A DNA stretch of 64,000 bases from an uncultured Nitrososphaeraceae archaeon (GCA_963729045.1 CAVSMN010000009.1:160001-224000); one strand, 5' to 3'. Counted from the stretch's first letter, positions 30,551-40,963 are shown. The notes: a model not told the origin generated them from the letters alone. Translations and numbers: made by a program.

Positions 30551-31118
30551 AAAGAGAATAAAAATTGAATTAGAGGATGCTGAAGGTGGAAAATATAATT
30601 TATCTCTAGAAGGCAATTTATCAAAAGACAAAATTCAAAAGGTTCTTCAATTAGTGGAATCATTGAACATCTCAAAGGATGATTTAGATAATAATATCCA
30701 AATTCCTATGGAACAAAATAATAGTTTACAAAAGTATGACTTAGGACTCAATCAATCTAATAACTCGATTGGATCAAAGATATGGGCATTGATCGAAAAC
30801 AACTTTGCATTTAGTTCTTTTACATCTTCAAATGTAGCCGAATCCTATGAAGAATCATACGGTGAACAGTTACAACTTAGTCTCATATCCACTTATTTAT
30901 CAAGATATTTTGAAAAGCAAAAATTGGTAAGGAGTAAAAGAGGGAAAGAATGGATTTATAAGTTAATTAGAATTCAAAAAGATGTTATTTCGTCCGTTGG
31001 GACACCTACTACTTCTCAATCAAGTCGTTTAATGGATTCACATTACTCGGAAGATCAGGGTGAGAATGACTTTTTGAAGCAGAATGCTTTGACAACAGTT
31101 TACGACCTTCGACTGTGA
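30537..31118 (+). CDS. origin-adjacent hypothetical protein with probable winged-helix domain
   Basis: FTSSNVAESYEE...LSLISTYLSRYFEKQKLVRSKRGKEWIY helix-helix-wing pattern. Confidence 0.75.
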   Translation: MSTGKKRIKIELEDAEGGKYNLSLEGNLSKDKIQKVLQLVESLNISKDDLDNNIQIPMEQNNSLQKYDLGLNQSNNSIGSKIWALIENNFAFSSFTSSNVAESYEESYGEQLQLSLISTYLSRYFEKQKLVRSKRGKEWIYKLIRIQKDVISSVGTPTTSQSSRLMDSHYSEDQGENDFLKQNALTTVYDLRL

Positions 31119-31732
31119 TAGTATACCTGAAGGGCTTTGTGCTCATATCTCTATCAACTAATTTCTCTTCAAATAATTTTTTCATTAATCTAGAAGTGTG
31201 TTCTCTAGTCCTACCTACTACTCTTTGAACCTCCCTAGTAGTCAGAGATTTATCCTCTAATTTTTTTAGGATGTATTCTATTGTACTATTCTGACGGTCT
31301 TCTTCCTGATCCACCGACTTGATAGAGTCTTGTGATGTTATGTCGTGATTAGGTAGTGATGTTTCAATTTTTGGATTGCTTACGTAGTTTTGGAATGGTG
31401 ATATTACAGAATTCTGTGACTTGATCTTGTTGTTGAGATATTATATTTTCATCTAATAATTTTATTAAACTTTGGATATCGGTTAATTTTTCGTTGGTCT
31501 TATTAGTTCTGTCATATAAGACTCTAAATTGTTCAGAAATGAGATTAGTCTTATTAATTTGATCCTTTATTTGACTTTCAAGCTGAGAGATTTTTGTTTC
31601 AATATTGTATTTCTTAAATTTTTTGTTTTTTAACTGCTTGTAAATTTCTAAAGCTAGAATTGATAATGCTATAGCTGAAACAAATGGAATTAAGGTATAA
31701 TTTAATATTAGTGATGCAATATCTATGCTCAC
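31009..31732 (-). CDS. membrane-anchored coiled-coil plus C-terminal winged-helix protein (one gene with a frameshift near 31410-31450)
   Basis: 31364..31732 gives TM helix + coiled coil; the shifted frame NSVISPFQ...HDITSQDSIKSV runs into 31009..31314 (LTTREVQRVVGRTREHTSRLMKKL...PFRYTITVEG). Confidence 0.72.
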
Positions 31733-31812
31733 ATATAATTTAGCAATACAGTGTGATATAACTTTATTGTATGTGATAATTTGACATTTAATATTATAAA
31801 CTTAGTGATATA

Positions 31813-32178
31813 TCACATATCGATTATTCTATTAATCAAATCTTCTATTACATTTATCACATTAGTTATCTCTTTATCGTGATATTTAGCGTGATTGTCT
31901 TCAAGCATTCTAAGCTTGATTAACATGGAGTTTAAGGCGGTAATTTGATCATCTTTCATTACATTTATTAGATTTAGTAGTAGGATGGAATAGAACAATT
32001 TCCGCAGTTTTGTCTTTGATTGCTTAACTTCTCTGTAATATGCGCCTGAACTTATTTCCTTCGGCCTTTTCTCTTTTTTCTTGAAATTATAAATTATTTG
32101 TATTTGTCTGTTGGTAAATAGAGATTTTTCAATTAATTTGGAAAGAAATAAATTATTTATATCTTCTTTGTTTTCCAT
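31813..32178 (-). CDS. hypothetical protein, probable helical DNA-binding protein
   Basis: SLFTNRQIQII...ISSGAYYREVKQSKTKLRK pattern. Confidence 0.7.
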   Translation of the reverse strand: MENKEDINNLFLSKLIEKSLFTNRQIQIIYNFKKKEKRPKEISSGAYYREVKQSKTKLRKLFYSILLLNLINVMKDDQITALNSMLIKLRMLEDNHAKYHDKEITNVINVIEDLINRIIDM

Positions 32179-32272
32179 CAGCTATACAATATTGTATAGT
32201 TAATTATACTATTTTAAATAAACTTAGCACAATCATTAAATTTAATTCAATTAGTATACGTGTAGTATTAGA

Positions 32273-33010
32273 TTGAGTCGGGTAGAGAACTATATTAATG
32301 ATGAATTGAAAAAGCATAAAAAAATATGTTTTGCTTTATTAGATTCGGAGAATTTTGAAGACATTGCTGGTGTTGCGAAAAAAGTTGAATCACTTGGTGC
32401 CTCAGCTATTTTGGTGGGAGGTTCGTCTGCCATAGATCAACTGGATTTAGACAAATTAGTAATATCAATAAAGTCTATAATATCTATTCCTGTTATTTTA
32501 TTTCCAGGAAACGTTACAGGTGTATCTCCTAATGCCGACGCGATTTTATTTACCTCATTGCTAAATTCCGAGGATCCATATTTTATTTCAGGAGCTCAAG
32601 CACTAGGTGCATTGTTGGTAAAAAAGTATAATATTGAACCATTGCCAACAGGATATATAATAATTGGTGATAATACTACAGCCTGGTTTATTGGGAGAGC
32701 AAAAGGTATACCTTTTGAAAAATCTAATATCGCTGTTATGTATTCATTGGCCGCACAGTATTTGGGTATGAGGTTTGTTTACCTGGAGGCTGGATCCGGT
32801 GCAAAAAAGAATGTATCTGCGGAAATGATTTCAAATGTTAGAAAGTATTATGATGGCTTATTAATTGTTGGAGGGGGCATTAAGAATTCCTTGATAGCTA
32901 AGGAATTAGCGGAGGCAGGGGCAGATATCTTAGTTGTAGGAACATTATTAGAGCGGGATCCGGATTGGGAAAAAAAATTTAACGACATTGTTATGGCCAT
33001 TCGTTCCTGA
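32273..33010 (+). CDS. geranylgeranylglyceryl phosphate synthase (GGGPS)
   Basis: ILVGGS, PVILFPG, SLLNS, YLEAGSGA, VGGGI. Confidence 0.95.
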   Translation: MSRVENYINDELKKHKKICFALLDSENFEDIAGVAKKVESLGASAILVGGSSAIDQLDLDKLVISIKSIISIPVILFPGNVTGVSPNADAILFTSLLNSEDPYFISGAQALGALLVKKYNIEPLPTGYIIIGDNTTAWFIGRAKGIPFEKSNIAVMYSLAAQYLGMRFVYLEAGSGAKKNVSAEMISNVRKYYDGLLIVGGGIKNSLIAKELAEAGADILVVGTLLERDPDWEKKFNDIVMAIRS

Positions 33011-33030
33011 ATTAGTGCGATTGAATAATT

Positions 33031-36000
33031 ATGAATTTGATTGATGAGGCCAAAGTAAGATTAAAAAATATTTCAATTCCAAGTTACTATTTAGAGTATC
33101 AAATTGGTTTGCTGGAACAGGTAAATAAGCTTCATTTGGTAGCCGAAAAAGCAAGAAAAAAAGGTTTAGATGTTACGACTTATGTTGAACCAAAAATTGC
33201 CTACGACTTATCTGACAGAGTTGCAAAAATGCATAATATAGATATATCAGACCGATTAAGGACATTACTAAATTATACTACAAAAGAGAAAGCGGCTCTT
33301 AAAATAGCCGAGGAAATTGCAAAGGGGGAATATGGATCTGGAGATCTTAGGACAAGATTAGAAAATGCGGTTAGGGTAAGTTTGGCTGTGGTGACGGAAG
33401 GAGTCACTGTAGCTCCATTACAGGGTATATCTGACGTACAATTGAAAAATAATAAAGATGGTTCACAATATCTCTCCATTTCATTTGCTGGCCCAATAAG
33501 ATCTGCTGGAGGGACTGAAGCAGCACTAACTATGCTTATAGCTGATCATGTAAGGAGAGTGTCTGGACTTGCAAAGTATCAAACAAATTCTTTTGATGAT
33601 GAAACTGGCAGGTTTATAGAAGAATTAAGATTGTATGAGAGGGAAGTAGGGAACTTTCAATTTAAAGTCTTAGATAAAGATGTCGATTTTTGCATCTCTA
33701 ATTTACCAGTTGAGATCGATGGAGTAGATACAGACCCAGTTGAGTTAGTAATTCATCGGGAGATGAAGAGGATAAAAACGGATAGAGTTAGAGGAGGAGC
33801 ACTCAGGGTTATGAACGACGGTTTGATAGGTAGATGTAGAAAACTCACAAAATTGGTCGAAACACTCGAGTTAGAAGGTTGGGATTGGCTTGCAAATATG
33901 AATGGTGCAATCCAAACAGGCGATGATGATACTGTGAGTCATAGGATGTCTGAAGTAATTACAGGAAGACCCGTGTTATCTATGAACAAGAAAATTGGTG
34001 GATTTAGGTTACGATACGGAAGGTGTTTTAATACTGGATTCGCTACGATAGGAATTCACAACACGATTCCTGTACTATTGAATTCTGCCGTAGTAGTTGG
34101 AACGCAAATTAAAATGGATGTCCCTGGAAAAGCTTCTACAATCGCCCTTGTGGACACCATTGAACCACCAATAGTAAAATTAGATGACGGAACGGTCTTG
34201 CAGATCAATACCGTAGAACAAGCCCTAAATTTAAGATCACGAGTAGTCAAAATATTATACCTAGGAGACATTCTGATTAGTTACGGAGATTTTCTTGAGA
34301 ATAATGCACAATTATTACCAGCAAGTTATGTTGAAGAAATATGGACCCAGGAATTATTTGAAAAATTGAGTCACATCAATGAAGTCAAAAATGACTTTGT
34401 TGTTGAATATGATAAGTTAGTTAAATTGAGTTCGAATCCCTCTACAATACCCCTATTTAGAGAGGCATTGAAAATATCGATCCAATTCGACATTCCACTA
34501 CATCCTAAATATTCCTTCTACTGGGAAGCTATATCAATAAAAGATTTTTTAATAATTAGAAATGTCTTGATATCTTTTATTTCTCTATTTAACAGAAACG
34601 GAGAGATTGAATCAACTACCGAGGAAATTAGTCTATCATATGATCATAAACTAAAAAGTATTCTAGAAAAACTAGGCGTGTTCCATCGTCTAGATACATC
34701 TAGTAATACTATAGTATTGTTAGATGGGTCTCAAATTATTGCGTTAGTGTGTTTATGTATTCCTGAATTTCAATCCATACTCTCATTCTTATATGAAACT
34801 CGCGATAAAATCCATTTTTCAACAATTTCTAATTATATATCAAAGGATGGATTTATAGGAGATATAGGTGAAATTGTTGAAAGTTTACAGTCGGAGAAGG
34901 GTGAAGGTAAAACAACTGTCATCAAACTAATAAATTCCATTTCATCAATTAAAATACGTTCAAAATTTTCTTCTTCCATATCTGTTAGAGTTGGTAGACC
35001 TGAAAAAGCCTCAGAGCGTAAGATGAAACCCCCAATTCATGTTTTGTTTCCAGTAGGTAACAAAGGTGGTCCCATGAGAGACCTCCTAAAGGCTTCAAAC
35101 GCAGATTCTTTTTATTCTGAAAAATCAAATCGATATTGTTATAATTGTAATATTCCATCCTTAGGTACTAACTGCAACTATTGCAATCAAGCGACTCCTA
35201 TCAAATTTATTTGCAATGTCTGTAAAGTTGAATCTCTTGATTTATCATTTGATCCTATTGATAATATAAAAAAAAGGAACAAATGTTTAAAATGTGGTAA
35301 CGAATATAAAACATTTTCTCCAATTAAGTTTCCTTTAAAGACCTTGATAGAAAAAGCCGAAACAAGGTTGAGCTTTAGGGTAACTTCTCCTTTAAAGGGA
35401 GTGAAAGCATTAATGGGGAAAGACAAGGAAGCGGAACAAATTGAGAAGGGCATTCTTAGAAAAAAATGTGGTTTATCTGTGTTTAAGGACGGTACCATAA
35501 GATTTGACGCTACGAATGAACCTCTTACTCATTTCATGCCATGTTTTATCGATACATCCATTTCAAAATTAAGAGAATTAGGGTATAAATTTGATTATCG
35601 ACAGAATGAACTTGATTCTGATAGACAAATCGTAGAATTGCTGATTCAAGATGTTATAATTCCATTAGATTCTGCAAAATATCTCTTAAAAACGGCTAAA
35701 TTCATAGATGAAGAATTAGTTACCTTATATGATTTACCACCGATTTATAATGCCTATACCGAAAATGATCTGATCGGACATTTAATAGTGGGATTAGCTC
35801 CACATACTTCTGTCGGTATTATTGGGCGTATAATAGGTTTTACAGAATCACAAGTTTGTTTGGGTTCTCCAATATGGCATTCCGCAAAAAGAAGAGATTG
35901 TGATGGTGATGCCGATTCAATTATCCTACTATTTGATGCATTCTTAAACTTTTCATATTCTTTCTTACCCGATAAAATAGGCGGATTAATGGATGCTCCA

Positions 36001-36648
36001 TTACTAATACAACCTATTGTATTACCTCATGAGGTTCAACGACAAGCTCATAATGTTGACATTGTGGAAAAATATCCACTAGATTTTTATAAAAATACGT
36101 GGTTGGGGGTTAAAGCAGCTGATGTTTCTGATACGATTGAAATACTAAAAAATCGAATAGGGAGTGATAAACAATTTTATGATTATGGGTTTACCCATAC
36201 TAGTAGCACTTTAATATCCAACATAAATCGAAGTGCTTATTCTACATTAAATACAATGGGCGAAAAATTAGAAATGCAAATATCCACAGCAAATCTTATT
36301 AATTCTGTAGACACAAACGAAGTGATCTCTATGGTCTTGACGACACATATTATTCCTGATATAATGGGTAATATGCGTTCTTATTGTTCGCAGTCGTTTA
36401 GGTGCAATAAGTGCGGTGATAAGTATAGGCGAATTCCTTTGTATGGTAAATGTCTTACTTGTAATAATACTTTACTACAGACGGTTACTCGAGGTTCGGT
36501 AGAAAAATATGTTCTTTTAGCAGAAAACTTGAGTAACAGTTTTAAAGTCACTAATTATCTAAAGAGTAGAGTTGAATCACTTATTGTGGAGCGAAATTTT
36601 GTTTTTCAATCAAAGAAAGAACAACCTACATTACTTGATTATTTATAA
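33031..36648 (+). CDS. polC: DNA polymerase D large subunit (DP2)
   Basis: AGPIRSAGGT, GGFRLRYGR, GRPEKA, FKDGTIRFD, AKRRDCDGDAD, C-terminal Zn fingers. Confidence 0.97.
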   Translation: MNLIDEAKVRLKNISIPSYYLEYQIGLLEQVNKLHLVAEKARKKGLDVTTYVEPKIAYDLSDRVAKMHNIDISDRLRTLLNYTTKEKAALKIAEEIAKGEYGSGDLRTRLENAVRVSLAVVTEGVTVAPLQGISDVQLKNNKDGSQYLSISFAGPIRSAGGTEAALTMLIADHVRRVSGLAKYQTNSFDDETGRFIEELRLYEREVGNFQFKVLDKDVDFCISNLPVEIDGVDTDPVELVIHREMKRIKTDRVRGGALRVMNDGLIGRCRKLTKLVETLELEGWDWLANMNGAIQTGDDDTVSHRMSEVITGRPVLSMNKKIGGFRLRYGRCFNTGFATIGIHNTIPVLLNSAVVVGTQIKMDVPGKASTIALVDTIEPPIVKLDDGTVLQINTVEQALNLRSRVVKILYLGDILISYGDFLENNAQLLPASYVEEIWTQELFEKLSHINEVKNDFVVEYDKLVKLSSNPSTIPLFREALKISIQFDIPLHPKYSFYWEAISIKDFLIIRNVLISFISLFNRNGEIESTTEEISLSYDHKLKSILEKLGVFHRLDTSSNTIVLLDGSQIIALVCLCIPEFQSILSFLYETRDKIHFSTISNYISKDGFIGDIGEIVESLQSEKGEGKTTVIKLINSISSIKIRSKFSSSISVRVGRPEKASERKMKPPIHVLFPVGNKGGPMRDLLKASNADSFYSEKSNRYCYNCNIPSLGTNCNYCNQATPIKFICNVCKVESLDLSFDPIDNIKKRNKCLKCGNEYKTFSPIKFPLKTLIEKAETRLSFRVTSPLKGVKALMGKDKEAEQIEKGILRKKCGLSVFKDGTIRFDATNEPLTHFMPCFIDTSISKLRELGYKFDYRQNELDSDRQIVELLIQDVIIPLDSAKYLLKTAKFIDEELVTLYDLPPIYNAYTENDLIGHLIVGLAPHTSVGIIGRIIGFTESQVCLGSPIWHSAKRRDCDGDADSIILLFDAFLNFSYSFLPDKIGGLMDAPLLIQPIVLPHEVQRQAHNVDIVEKYPLDFYKNTWLGVKAADVSDTIEILKNRIGSDKQFYDYGFTHTSSTLISNINRSAYSTLNTMGEKLEMQISTANLINSVDTNEVISMVLTTHIIPDIMGNMRSYCSQSFRCNKCGDKYRRIPLYGKCLTCNNTLLQTVTRGSVEKYVLLAENLSNSFKVTNYLKSRVESLIVERNFVFQSKKEQPTLLDYL

Positions 36649-36669
36649 AATCATGTGATTTTTGGTTTA

Positions 36670-38289
36670 TTAGTTTGCAAAATTTATTTGATATGGTCTT
36701 AAAGTGGCCAAATTAACTACAATTGCTATACCAGGGGTAGGAGTAATTCCCATAGCGCGCTGAAAGGGTGTTTGGGTTTGCCATGCGCCAGAATTCACTA
36801 CCAAAGTTCCCTTATAGCTATCCACATCAATTACATGTACATGACCAGAATGGAAAATATCCGGAACGTCTTCAATAACCATCATATCCTCTAATTCTGG
36901 AGCAATAGGTGTTCTTTGACCGTATATAGGTGAGAGATGTCTTGATTTAAGTAAAATCTTCATCGCCTCTGCTGGTTTAGAATAACTTAAACCAGGAATT
37001 GTAGCAATCGTATCGTCCAAGCTTTGACCATGAAACATTAATGTTTTTACTCCGTCCATATTGATCATGCAGGGATTTCCTAGCATAGTGATATTGCTTA
37101 AAGAGTAAATCTTATCAGCATATTTCCTTGGTATTGCTGGCTGGGGCAATGCTCGTCTTCCCAGGTCGTGATTTCCTGGAATCATAAAAACCTTAATGTG
37201 CTTAGGAATCTTCGCCAACAAATTTGTAGCATGCTCCATCTGGGAAAATGAATCCTTTTCAAATAATTCTCTGTCTTGATGTGGAAATATCCCTATTCCA
37301 TCAATTAGATCCCCACAAATACAAATATACTTTATTTTAGAAACAATATCTTTATTCTCTTCTTTTCCATTTAACCAATTCAAAAACATTTGAAATTCAT
37401 CTTCCATGAAGAATTTACTACCTATGTGCAAATCAGATATTAACACGCTATATACCTCAGAATGAGATCTGTTTGGAATTCTGTCTGGTACATCTAATGA
37501 GAATATTTTTTTTATTATGTGGTTCTTTCTTTTTGAATTATTCTCAAGTTCTACCATTACCATTTGATCCAAAATTAATGATGAAATCTGTTTTTTTAAA
37601 TCTTCATCGTATGCAAATGCCTCTAATAATCCACTCTGATCATCAATAGTTAAATTATAACTATTCTTTTTGATCTTCTTTTCCATAATTAATCCTGCTA
37701 TGAATAAAGATTCTTCCAAATTCTCCTTAGACTGTGACTTTGGATTTAACCTTGATTGGTTAAGAAATTGTTTAATGAACGCTATTTTTTTTATTCTTTT
37801 ACTGTCTGGTCTATTGGATAAAATTTTTAAGGATTTATCAAATCGGCTTCTAAACAGTGATGTATACCCTTCAACCCCTTCACCACTATTAATACTATTA
37901 TTGGAATCATAAATTATGTTGTTAACATAATAGTTATTCTCCAAATCATCAGAATCGCGAGTTACCAATTCTAAAATAGTCTCTTCATTATTTTTTTTAA
38001 TATCCATGATTTCCGAATGATCTAGCTTGTTAACGATAGTAGTACCATTATTAGCATTATCATTTACAATCAGTGAACTATTTGTTGAAAACTTTAAAAT
38101 ACTCTTTATATCGTCGGATAAAATAACCTTAGACCCGTCTCTCTCTCTTTTGATCATAAGAATCTCTTCAACTATTTGATACACATCTACCTGTAGATTC
38201 TCAATTAACACTAAAGCATCGGGATGAATCTGAAATCCTTTGCTGGTTATAAAGGAAATTATTTTTAAGAGATTGGAATTATCGGTCAA
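36670..38289 (-). CDS. polB: DNA polymerase D small subunit (DP1)
   Basis: SDLHIGS, GDLIDGIG, PGNHD, FHGQS, HSGHVH phosphoesterase motifs; OB fold. Confidence 0.96.
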   Translation of the reverse strand: MTDNSNLLKIISFITSKGFQIHPDALVLIENLQVDVYQIVEEILMIKRERDGSKVILSDDIKSILKFSTNSSLIVNDNANNGTTIVNKLDHSEIMDIKKNNEETILELVTRDSDDLENNYYVNNIIYDSNNSINSGEGVEGYTSLFRSRFDKSLKILSNRPDSKRIKKIAFIKQFLNQSRLNPKSQSKENLEESLFIAGLIMEKKIKKNSYNLTIDDQSGLLEAFAYDEDLKKQISSLILDQMVMVELENNSKRKNHIIKKIFSLDVPDRIPNRSHSEVYSVLISDLHIGSKFFMEDEFQMFLNWLNGKEENKDIVSKIKYICICGDLIDGIGIFPHQDRELFEKDSFSQMEHATNLLAKIPKHIKVFMIPGNHDLGRRALPQPAIPRKYADKIYSLSNITMLGNPCMINMDGVKTLMFHGQSLDDTIATIPGLSYSKPAEAMKILLKSRHLSPIYGQRTPIAPELEDMMVIEDVPDIFHSGHVHVIDVDSYKGTLVVNSGAWQTQTPFQRAMGITPTPGIAIVVNLATLRPYQINFAN

Positions 38290-38374
38290 TAATCAAATTA
38301 ACTAGTTGATGATATTCTTTAAGTCTTTTTATATAAATAATAAAGTATTATAATTGATAAAAAAAGTATTATAG

Positions 38375-38902
38375 TTGGTTATGCTTATTACATTTAAAAA
38401 GAGACTGGTGTTTTTCTTTATTGCCATGTTATTTTTCTTGGGTATTTTTTATCTTGGATTTTCCTTTAGAATGGATGAATCATTTTCTAAGGAGTTATCA
38501 AAAAACTTTATTAATCAGATAACTGACATAGACGAATTTGGTATATTCTTAAATAACCTAAAAATAGCATTAGTGATGTTTATTCCAGTCATAGGCCTTA
38601 TAATGGGAACTATTTCTGGATTTTCTACCGGTTTAGTGTTTAATTCAATAATGAACCTATCAGATGTTACGTATTCTAATCCCTTGGTCATTTTCTTGAC
38701 ACCATTTGGAATCCTAGAGCTAGCCGCGTATGGACTAGCAATTTCTCGAAGCTGTATTTTATTTTTTGAAATACTAAAGAAGAAATTTACAAAAAAATCT
38801 TTATTTTATCTGCTAATCGAAGTAGCATTAGTTTCTGGAATGCTTTTTGTCGGGGCAATAATAGAATGGATGATGATTGAAAATATTCCAAAAAGATTAT
38901 AA
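38375..38902 (+). CDS. SpoIIM-like membrane protein
   Basis: IFLNNLKIAL, PFGILELAAY, GAIIEW. Confidence 0.85.
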   Translation: MVMLITFKKRLVFFFIAMLFFLGIFYLGFSFRMDESFSKELSKNFINQITDIDEFGIFLNNLKIALVMFIPVIGLIMGTISGFSTGLVFNSIMNLSDVTYSNPLVIFLTPFGILELAAYGLAISRSCILFFEILKKKFTKKSLFYLLIEVALVSGMLFVGAIIEWMMIENIPKRL

Positions 38903-39008
38903 TCATCTGTCATTCGTGCATGGCTTTTGGATTATTTTATATCATTGTTATAAAATGCCATAGTGTTTAAATAGTTTTAATGAAGATTTACCTACAGTGA
39001 ATTATTAG

Positions 39009-39302
39009 ATGCCAGTAGCAATACTTCCAGATGTTAGTGAACAGCATTGTATTGGGTGTGCTTTATGTGTAGAAATTTGTACAGCTCTTGGTCCAGATGT
39101 ATTAAGAGTAAAACCTGTGGAAGGTTGGAAAAGAGGTAAAGCATTTGTCTTTTATCCAGAACGATGTATCTCTGATGGTGCTTGTATTGGCGTTTGTCCA
39201 ACAAAAGCAATTTTCTGGATGAGACCAATGGATTATACACCAGGACAACCAATTCCATTAAAGAAAAACGCCATATTTACGAAAGGCTGGGAAGAGGGCT
39301 AA
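39009..39302 (+). CDS. 4Fe-4S dicluster ferredoxin
   Basis: CIGCALCVEIC and CISDGACIGVCP. Confidence 0.93.
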   Translation: MPVAILPDVSEQHCIGCALCVEICTALGPDVLRVKPVEGWKRGKAFVFYPERCISDGACIGVCPTKAIFWMRPMDYTPGQPIPLKKNAIFTKGWEEG

Positions 39303-39453
39303 CTCTCCACCAATTTTTATTTTTTCTCTAAATTTTAGAATTCAGTAACCATTACAAAGCTGATAAGATTTACATTTAGTGTATTAATATTCTAATATAG
39401 TTTTCTCTAATAATTAGTACTTAAATATCCAATAGAATTACTAAAATGGCTAA

Positions 39454-40176
39454 TTGACAAAAAAATTGTATGTTATAGGCGTAGGTCCAGGATCAAAAAA
39501 ATATCTGACGGATTTTTCAAAAGAAATTATCAAACAATCTCGTTTTATTATAGGATATAAATATACTCTAAATACGATAGATCACCTACTTGATAGATCA
39601 TTTAATCAAGTATTTGAAATAACCATGAAAAATCAAGAGGAGATTTATTTGAATGTATATAATAATTTAATGAGAGAAAATGATATATGCACTGTTCCAT
39701 TTACAGGAGATGTAAATTTCTCAGAATCAGAAGTTGTGGACCGGCTTTTATACCTGTTCGGTGATGAAAATGTCTGCATTGTCCCTGGCATCAGTTCTAT
39801 ACAAATAGCAGCTGCAAAGTCTAGAGTTCCATTGGATAAATCTACCATCATGACTTTTCATGTCACCGGTGAGATTGAAGAAAAAAAAATAGAACTGGTT
39901 AAATCAATTGTTGATAAGAAAAGTGTAATATTAGTGCCAAGACCATGGCCGTCGGACCCATCAAAAAACTTTATGCCCTCTGAAATTTCATTATTTATCA
40001 AAGAAAAAGGACTGGACACTTCAAAAATTGATGTTTGGGTATTTGAAAATTTGACAAATGAAGAAAAGGAAACAACTTTTACTGGAAAAATGAGTTCGCT
40101 AGAAAATAAAGACTTTAGCGATTTATCAGTAATGGTTATAGATCAAAACAAACGACAAACTTACTTGGAGTTCTAA
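39454..40176 (+). CDS. cbiE: cobalt-precorrin-7/precorrin-6Y methyltransferase subunit CbiE
   Basis: LYVIGVGPG, TGD, VPGISSIQIAAA, VFENLT, FSDLSVMVI. Confidence 0.85.
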   Translation: MTKKLYVIGVGPGSKKYLTDFSKEIIKQSRFIIGYKYTLNTIDHLLDRSFNQVFEITMKNQEEIYLNVYNNLMRENDICTVPFTGDVNFSESEVVDRLLYLFGDENVCIVPGISSIQIAAAKSRVPLDKSTIMTFHVTGEIEEKKIELVKSIVDKKSVILVPRPWPSDPSKNFMPSEISLFIKEKGLDTSKIDVWVFENLTNEEKETTFTGKMSSLENKDFSDLSVMVIDQNKRQTYLEF

Positions 40177-40255
40177 ATTTATTCTTTCCCTATTTGTATT
40201 ATTTAAGTTTTGAATGTAAATAAAATATATTACAATTAACTTTGTATAATGTTGA

Positions 40256-40351
40256 ATGAGCAAGAACGAATTTAGATGTTGTATTGAATGTGGTTCAAAA
40301 ATGTCTAAAAATATTAAATTATGCCCAGCCTGTGGAGAATCTCAGGGCTAG
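40256..40351 (+). CDS. 31-aa zinc-ribbon microprotein (below the ORF-track cutoff)
   Basis: ATG..TAG reads MSKNEFRCCIECGSKMSKNIKLCPACGESQG; CxxCG and CPxCG knuckles. Confidence 0.8.
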   Translation: MSKNEFRCCIECGSKMSKNIKLCPACGESQG

Positions 40352-40471
40352 ATTTAAATATTTTTGCTAGACTCATTTTCCATTTTATTGCTCTTATTTT
40401 TAGATAATCATGACAGTTTATTTTCACATATAGTCATTATTAAAATACCTCTATTTTTTAATAATTAGACG

Positions 40472-40963
40472 ATGGTAAAAAAAATAACTCTCCTTATTCC
40501 CGTGATTATTTCAGCCTTTGTAATAGGGATTTTAGGAATTATCTTTGTTCCATCAGATATTAAGAATGCAAACATCAATTTTTCAAAAGGAACTATAAAA
40601 ATAGACGAAAAACTTTTGACCGTCGAAATTGCTGATTCGGATTTTGATAGACAACGATGGTTAACATTTAGGAACGACAAACCTGATTTGGATTCCGGGT
40701 TACTATTGATATATGATAAACCTGATTTATATTCAATGTGGTTGTTAAATATAAAATATCCATTAGATTTAATGTGGTTTGATCGAAATGGCGATATAGT
40801 TTATATTAAAAAAGATGCCCAACCCTGTGATAATATACTTGATTCATCCAAATGCACATTTAAGAATACAAAGCCGGCAGGATTTGTGTTGGCTAGTTCG
40901 TCGGGATTCATCCAACACAACAACATAACAGAAAGTTCAAAATTAGAAATAATTTCAGTTTGA
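40472..40963 (+). CDS. DUF192 family protein
   Basis: VEIADS...GLLLIYD...MWLLNIKYPLDLMWFD. Confidence 0.88.
   Translation: MVKKITLLIPVIISAFVIGILGIIFVPSDIKNANINFSKGTIKIDEKLLTVEIADSDFDRQRWLTFRNDKPDLDSGLLLIYDKPDLYSMWLLNIKYPLDLMWFDRNGDIVYIKKDAQPCDNILDSSKCTFKNTKPAGFVLASSSGFIQHNNITESSKLEIISV

Noticed and set aside
34550..34930. Apparent insertion in PolD DP2 as an intein
   Set aside because: No Cys/Ser start with a His-Asn end and no LAGLIDADG motif; looks like a variable region
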